From a virus (Duplodnaviria; Caudoviricetes): a stretch of DNA of 27,768 bases. Positions 24,270-27,768 of this stretch are shown here, in pieces (positions within the stretch are counted from its first letter, which is position 1; each line of letters opens with the position of its first letter). A program made the position numbers and the translations under genes. The notes below the pieces were generated by a model. That model was given only the letters and a program-made list of their open reading frames with translations. It had not been told where the DNA came from and did not search any database. Where the stretch lies: IMG/VR virus record IMGVR_UViG_3300032243_000061, positions 1-27,768 of that record, one strand, 5' to 3'.

Positions 24270-26113
24270 TTCTCAATAGACATTTTCTTACTGCAGTCGC
24301 CGTAGTTTTTACCTACGCCAATCTCACACGCTAGAGGTAGTGTCTCGGCCCATTTAGGTTTCCAACGCATGCACTCATCCACATATTTAATAGCTTCATC
24401 GCGCTCTGCTTCGGGTACTACACATGCCACGGCATCATGCACGGTTAAAACTGGCTGATATCTTTTAGATATCTTTAGCATTTGCTCAGCAATAACACAG
24501 CGTGCTAGAGCTTGACATAAGTTCTCCACTACCTTGCCGCCGTAGATTCGTACTGTGCCTTTGCGTGTATCGTAGACGTACTGTGCTCGGCCCCGATCAT
24601 CAACTTCAGTGGCACGCAGATTCATATACTTGAGAGGTAAACCGCTAGGTAGATCATAGCCAATTCCGGGAAGAACGCTTACTGCCTGTGGTTGTTTCCC
24701 AAATGTAGTAGTAACAAGTTTTTCACTTGACAACGCATCAAGTGTGTTGTGTCCTTCATCCCATAACGCAGGGACATAGGGAAACTCTTGGCGATATACC
24801 TTCAAGATATGTTGGCACATGTTGTCGCCCAAACTTACCCCAAAGTTCTTTAGTTGTAGTTGAAACTTCTTCCAACCCATGCCGTAGCCAGCACCAAGAA
24901 TCGTAGTCTTACCCACAAATCTTTCGGCATCATCAATCTCTTCAACTGGTTTGTTATATATCTTCGCCGCCATGATCTTGTACACGTCCAAACCTTTTGC
25001 GAACGCACTTACTAAATCAGCTTGCCCCGCTAACCATGCAACGATCCGCGCTTCGATCTGTGAGGAGTCGGCGTCCATCATGACGTAGCCTTCGGGTACT
25101 ACGATAGCAGTCTTGAGAGGTGACTTGCGCGGTATGTTCTGCAAGTTCAGTTTGTCGTCCCCGCCCCAACGCCCTGTGTGTGCGGCATAGTATCTCAGCG
25201 GTACTGGAAGGCTACCGCGCTTCGCTATGGAGATAAATCTTTGTGTGCGTGTCTCTTCTAGTGTGGACTTTGTCCCAAGCCGTGCGGCAACAAGTGCTTG
25301 CACTCGCTCGTCCCAATGCTCTGCTAGGGCCTTGAACCCTTCATCGCTTTTAGCTAAAGCCAACGCCATCTTTCCTGTCGTGGGGCTAACCTTCATGGGT
25401 GGTGGAACACCATACTCAATCAGTCGCTCAGCAAACTTCTGATTGGACATAAGAACTTCACGGTCGGCGCATGCCTCAGCGATCAAGGCTTCCTTCTTCT
25501 CTTGTACTTGTACAAGATGCTGTTCAAGTACTGGTAGATCAAGACGCAAAGTCGGCTCTGTGAACATACGCAAAGTCATATCTATTAGACGTAGCTCAGG
25601 CTTTTGGAAGTTTGCTTGTAGGATTTGGAATAGGTCGTAGGTCAGCTTGACGTCGTTCTTGCAATACTCGCCGTATTGTTTTAGGTCTGCTTCAGTGAAG
25701 TCGGCGCGACGCTTACCCATTGCCGTAACAACCTCAGTTCCCTTGACCCCTAAGCCGTAACGCTCAGCGGCTTTTGCTAAGCTATTACCTACCTCAGTGC
25801 CGTCAACAGCACGAAGCATTGCTAGGGTATCAAGAAGAACTTTTGGTTTAATACCAAACCGCCACGACAAAATCGCGGCATCGAACATGCAGTTGTGTGC
25901 AAGAAGAAAAGACTTATCCCAAGGAAATTGCATGAGCCACTCTTTGGTGGCTTTCATGTCCCCACTAAACCATGCAGTTTCCTCGTCGTTTAATTTAACG
26001 CCAACGCCTATGGCTTCAAAGCGATCATCACGAATGTATTCCTCCGTCGTCAGTTTAGATAGAGAGAAGTCTTTGTCATAGAACGTCTCGAAGTCAAGTG
26101 CAATCAGGTTCAT
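24254..26113 (-). CDS. polA: DNA polymerase family A with 3'-5' exonuclease
   Basis: ExoI LDFET, ExoII AHNCMFD, ExoIII YCKND; HTGRW; NLQNIP; motif A DSSQIEAR; motif B RFVGKTTILGAGYG; motif C VHD. Confidence 0.95.
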   Translation of the reverse strand: MNLIALDFETFYDKDFSLSKLTTEEYIRDDRFEAIGVGVKLNDEETAWFSGDMKATKEWLMQFPWDKSFLLAHNCMFDAAILSWRFGIKPKVLLDTLAMLRAVDGTEVGNSLAKAAERYGLGVKGTEVVTAMGKRRADFTEADLKQYGEYCKNDVKLTYDLFQILQANFQKPELRLIDMTLRMFTEPTLRLDLPVLEQHLVQVQEKKEALIAEACADREVLMSNQKFAERLIEYGVPPPMKVSPTTGKMALALAKSDEGFKALAEHWDERVQALVAARLGTKSTLEETRTQRFISIAKRGSLPVPLRYYAAHTGRWGGDDKLNLQNIPRKSPLKTAIVVPEGYVMMDADSSQIEARIVAWLAGQADLVSAFAKGLDVYKIMAAKIYNKPVEEIDDAERFVGKTTILGAGYGMGWKKFQLQLKNFGVSLGDNMCQHILKVYRQEFPYVPALWDEGHNTLDALSSEKLVTTTFGKQPQAVSVLPGIGYDLPSGLPLKYMNLRATEVDDRGRAQYVYDTRKGTVRIYGGKVVENLCQALARCVIAEQMLKISKRYQPVLTVHDAVACVVPEAERDEAIKYVDECMRWKPKWAETLPLACEIGVGKNYGDCSKKMSIEKWNLT

Positions 26114-26319
26114 GCAATCTTTCTGTTAATCCACCAATGCTTTAGGTCGTACCACACGTCTACCAAACCAATGCACGCCCTATCCATTAGAGGTATACGA
26201 CTTTCAAGGTGCGCTATCCGTAGTTTTAACTCGGCGTTTTCTAATAGCAACTCGCTGTTGTGCATGGACATAAGGTTCCATGCTTTCTGTACGTCCGCAC
26301 TTACACCTTTCATTTTCAT
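26110..26319 (-). CDS. Hypothetical protein
   Basis: Probable start ATG 26319 (ATGA overlap with upstream gene). Short coiled coil; the stop overlaps the polA start. Confidence 0.65.
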   Translation of the reverse strand: MKMKGVSADVQKAWNLMSMHNSELLLENAELKLRIAHLESRIPLMDRACIGLVDVWYDLKHWWINRKIA

Positions 26320-26558
26320 ACGCCACCCACTTTCATAATGCCATACTCGGAACGCTTCCAAAGAAACGCAGTAGACGGTGTAGCCCCAGCACTAAATAAC
26401 TCTGCTACCGTATAAACATTCTTGTTATGTCTTGGATATCCCGGGCCAACGTATCTCTTCACGTCTCGGTAGTGTGGTAGGTAAGTGATGCCATTTAGTT
26501 TATAAACAGCGTACTGATGTAACTCGGTGCGGTCGTCGTCTTTTGCTTTTGTAGTCAT
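26316..26558 (-). CDS. Hypothetical protein
   Basis: 80 aa, ATGA-coupled, SD GAGG; aromatic-rich YLPHY..YVGPGYPRH core. Confidence 0.7.
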   Translation of the reverse strand: MTTKAKDDDRTELHQYAVYKLNGITYLPHYRDVKRYVGPGYPRHNKNVYTVAELFSAGATPSTAFLWKRSEYGIMKVGGV

Positions 26559-27043
26559 TTAGTCACCTCTGGCTGTGGTGAGAACTTAGCAATCTCGCGG
26601 TTCAGATACCAACGTGCTTTGCATAGGTCTTCATAATGACTACCTTTGTGGTCGGCGCGACTAATGTATTTAACTACGTTACCAAGGTTGTAGCCAAACT
26701 CTTTTGCGTCGATGAAGTCGATAGTCTCGATACCGCCCACTTTGTAATGTGCGGGGTGATCTACTAATTCAGCTATGCGTTGTTCAGACCTACCCTTACT
26801 TACTTCGTAAGCCAAGTCTTCTATAGCCTTATCGCTTGTTACTGCGCCCATAAACGCCCATTTATTTTTTGTCTTCAAGATCGGTGGTAACAATAGTTCT
26901 TGCTTTTTGTTATCCATGTATCGAATGTTGTGTACGTATTGCGCTGTTGCACCAGTGGCGTCGGCGACTACCTGTGCTTTTGCATTTGGGTACTTTGCTA
27001 AATACTTACGAACTTTTGCGCTGATCATTGATTTTCTTGCCAT
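26555..27043 (-). CDS. DUF3310 (SaV-like / T7 gp1.7-like) protein with N-terminal HTH-like extension
   Basis: Start ATG 27043 (SD GGAG). C-terminal VDHPAHY..GGIETIDFI......GNVVKYISRA.HKG...EDL.KA.WYL.REI; N-terminal KVRKYL...PNAKAQVVADATGATAQYVHNIR. Confidence 0.85.
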   Translation of the reverse strand: MARKSMISAKVRKYLAKYPNAKAQVVADATGATAQYVHNIRYMDNKKQELLLPPILKTKNKWAFMGAVTSDKAIEDLAYEVSKGRSEQRIAELVDHPAHYKVGGIETIDFIDAKEFGYNLGNVVKYISRADHKGSHYEDLCKARWYLNREIAKFSPQPEVTK

Positions 27044-27059
27044 AGTTTTCTCCATTAAA

Positions 27060-27203
27060 TTAAAAAGGGGCTTGTTCAAGTTGGGGTGGTGTTTGATGTT
27101 TCAATAGTTTTTTATGTAGCCTTTCTAGAATCTTTCCGTCTACTCGCTCGAACGGATTCCAATCGTTCTTGCATATTTTTGATATGTGTTCTTCGTTCTT
27201 CAT
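27060..27203 (-). CDS. Small hypothetical protein (overlaps the Zn-ribbon gene)
   Basis: MKNEEH...WNPFERVDGKILERLHKK...EQAPF from ATG 27203. It fills 27060-27111 but overlaps the 27112-27345 gene by 92 nt. Confidence 0.45.
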   Translation of the reverse strand: MKNEEHISKICKNDWNPFERVDGKILERLHKKLLKHQTPPQLEQAPF

Positions 27204-27345
27204 CAATTGCCTCTTGCGGGATAAAGACTTCTTGGGTTGTAAATCTGTGTTCGTTTCCACATTCTCTCCTTCGTGTATGCCCAAAAGTGGGCGATTCTCT
27301 AGTTGTTTTAACTGTCGACCAAGCGTTACAGATGGGACATTTCAT
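27112..27345 (-). CDS. Zinc-ribbon protein (NrdR N-terminal-like / Ogr-Delta-like)
   Basis: MKCPIC....V..TR.......RRRECGNEHRFTT.E; SD GGAGG. Confidence 0.85.
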   Translation of the reverse strand: MKCPICNAWSTVKTTRESPTFGHTRRRECGNEHRFTTQEVFIPQEAIDEERRTHIKNMQERLESVRASRRKDSRKAT

Positions 27346-27443
27346 TTATCCTCCGATAACATAAAGATTGCTACAAAAGTAGCAACAACAACTATTGCGC
27401 CAAGGCACATTAGAAATACTATCCAAGCGATTGTTTCAAGCAT
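27342..27443 (-). CDS. Single-pass membrane peptide (33 aa, not in ORF track)
   Basis: MLETIAWIVFLMCLGAIVVVATFVAIFMLSEDK. SD AAGGAG; ATGA overlap with the downstream gene. Confidence 0.7.
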   Translation of the reverse strand: MLETIAWIVFLMCLGAIVVVATFVAIFMLSEDK

Positions 27444-27768
27444 TGTTCTTCTCCTTAAGGTCCGTCATAGCGGTCGTTTTGAACAAGTTAGGTCTGTTTT
27501 GTCCGCTATGGCTTATACTCTCTTTCTCCAACTTAGCCAGTCGGTCACCCAACTCGCGTATCAGCATCCGAGCCACGGCTAGTTCTTCCATAAGCTCAGA
27601 AACTGTAACCTTCCGGTGAGTCTTTTCTGGCACTTCATACACGGCGGGTTTGCTTATCTTTTCTTCGCGTGTGGTTTTGCGCATTTTTGTCCCGATCGGG
27701 GTATTTTTTATCACTTCAGAGTGTTTTTGTGCATTTATGACCTGATCGGGATATTTTTCAGGCTCTTC
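27436..27768 (-). CDS. Hypothetical protein (frame open to window edge; start uncertain)
   Basis: The frame has no stop from 27768 (EEPEKYPDQV...) to 27436. C-terminal coiled coil ELMEELAVARMLIRELGDRLAKLE. Alternative start at ATG 27684. Confidence 0.6.
   Translation of the reverse strand, partial: EEPEKYPDQVINAQKHSEVIKNTPIGTKMRKTTREEKISKPAVYEVPEKTHRKVTVSELMEELAVARMLIRELGDRLAKLEKESISHSGQNRPNLFKTTAMTDLKEKNNA
27671..27760. repeat. Imperfect 40-bp direct repeat, 50-bp period, with palindromic CCCGATCGGG core
   Basis: 27671-27710 vs 27721-27760 match at 33/40 positions. Cores are CCCGATCGGG (27691-27700) and CCTGATCGGG (27741-27750). Confidence 0.8.

Noticed and set aside
1-27768. Stop-codon reassignment, diversity-generating retroelement or programmed frameshift
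   Set aside because: Genes tile densely under the standard code and use all three stops. No reverse transcriptase, no template/variable repeat pair and no split gene needing a frameshift was seen.

Overview
This is a 27.8-kb segment of a tailed dsDNA bacteriophage with a podovirus-like gene layout. A freshwater betaproteobacterial host is plausible but cannot be shown from the sequence. Two tightly packed arms converge at 16525/16526. The + arm (1-16525) is late/structural: partial holin-like gene, M15A peptidase endolysin, gp10-like tail hub, a small protein, two Gly/Ala/Gln-rich internal virion (ejection-type) proteins flanking a GNAT acetyltransferase, and a 2817-aa polyvalent protein. That protein carries a GHKL (Hsp90/MutL-type) ATPase, two different HExxH zincin motifs and a PLxRFG-type C-terminal region. 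The - arm (27768-16526) is early/replicative: small ORFs, Zn-ribbon protein, DUF3310 protein, Leu762-type family A DNA polymerase, Cas4-like nuclease, HNH, SNF2 helicase, putative SSB, HTH and primase-DUF927 helicase. The main unexplained signals are: (i) a 100-nt four-way-junction RNA beginning at the predicted start of a consensus sigma70 promoter (21279-21412); (ii) four tandem hairpins inside an unlisted 58-codon ORF upstream of the putative SSB; (iii) the GHKL-plus-protease module in a putative injected protein; (iv) a GNAT / Gly-rich leader pair resembling P22 gp14/gp7; and (v) a 50-bp-period repeat with a CCCGATCGGG core. No tRNA, rRNA, CRISPR array, integrase or transposase was seen. 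All family calls come from motif recognition by eye, not database searches.
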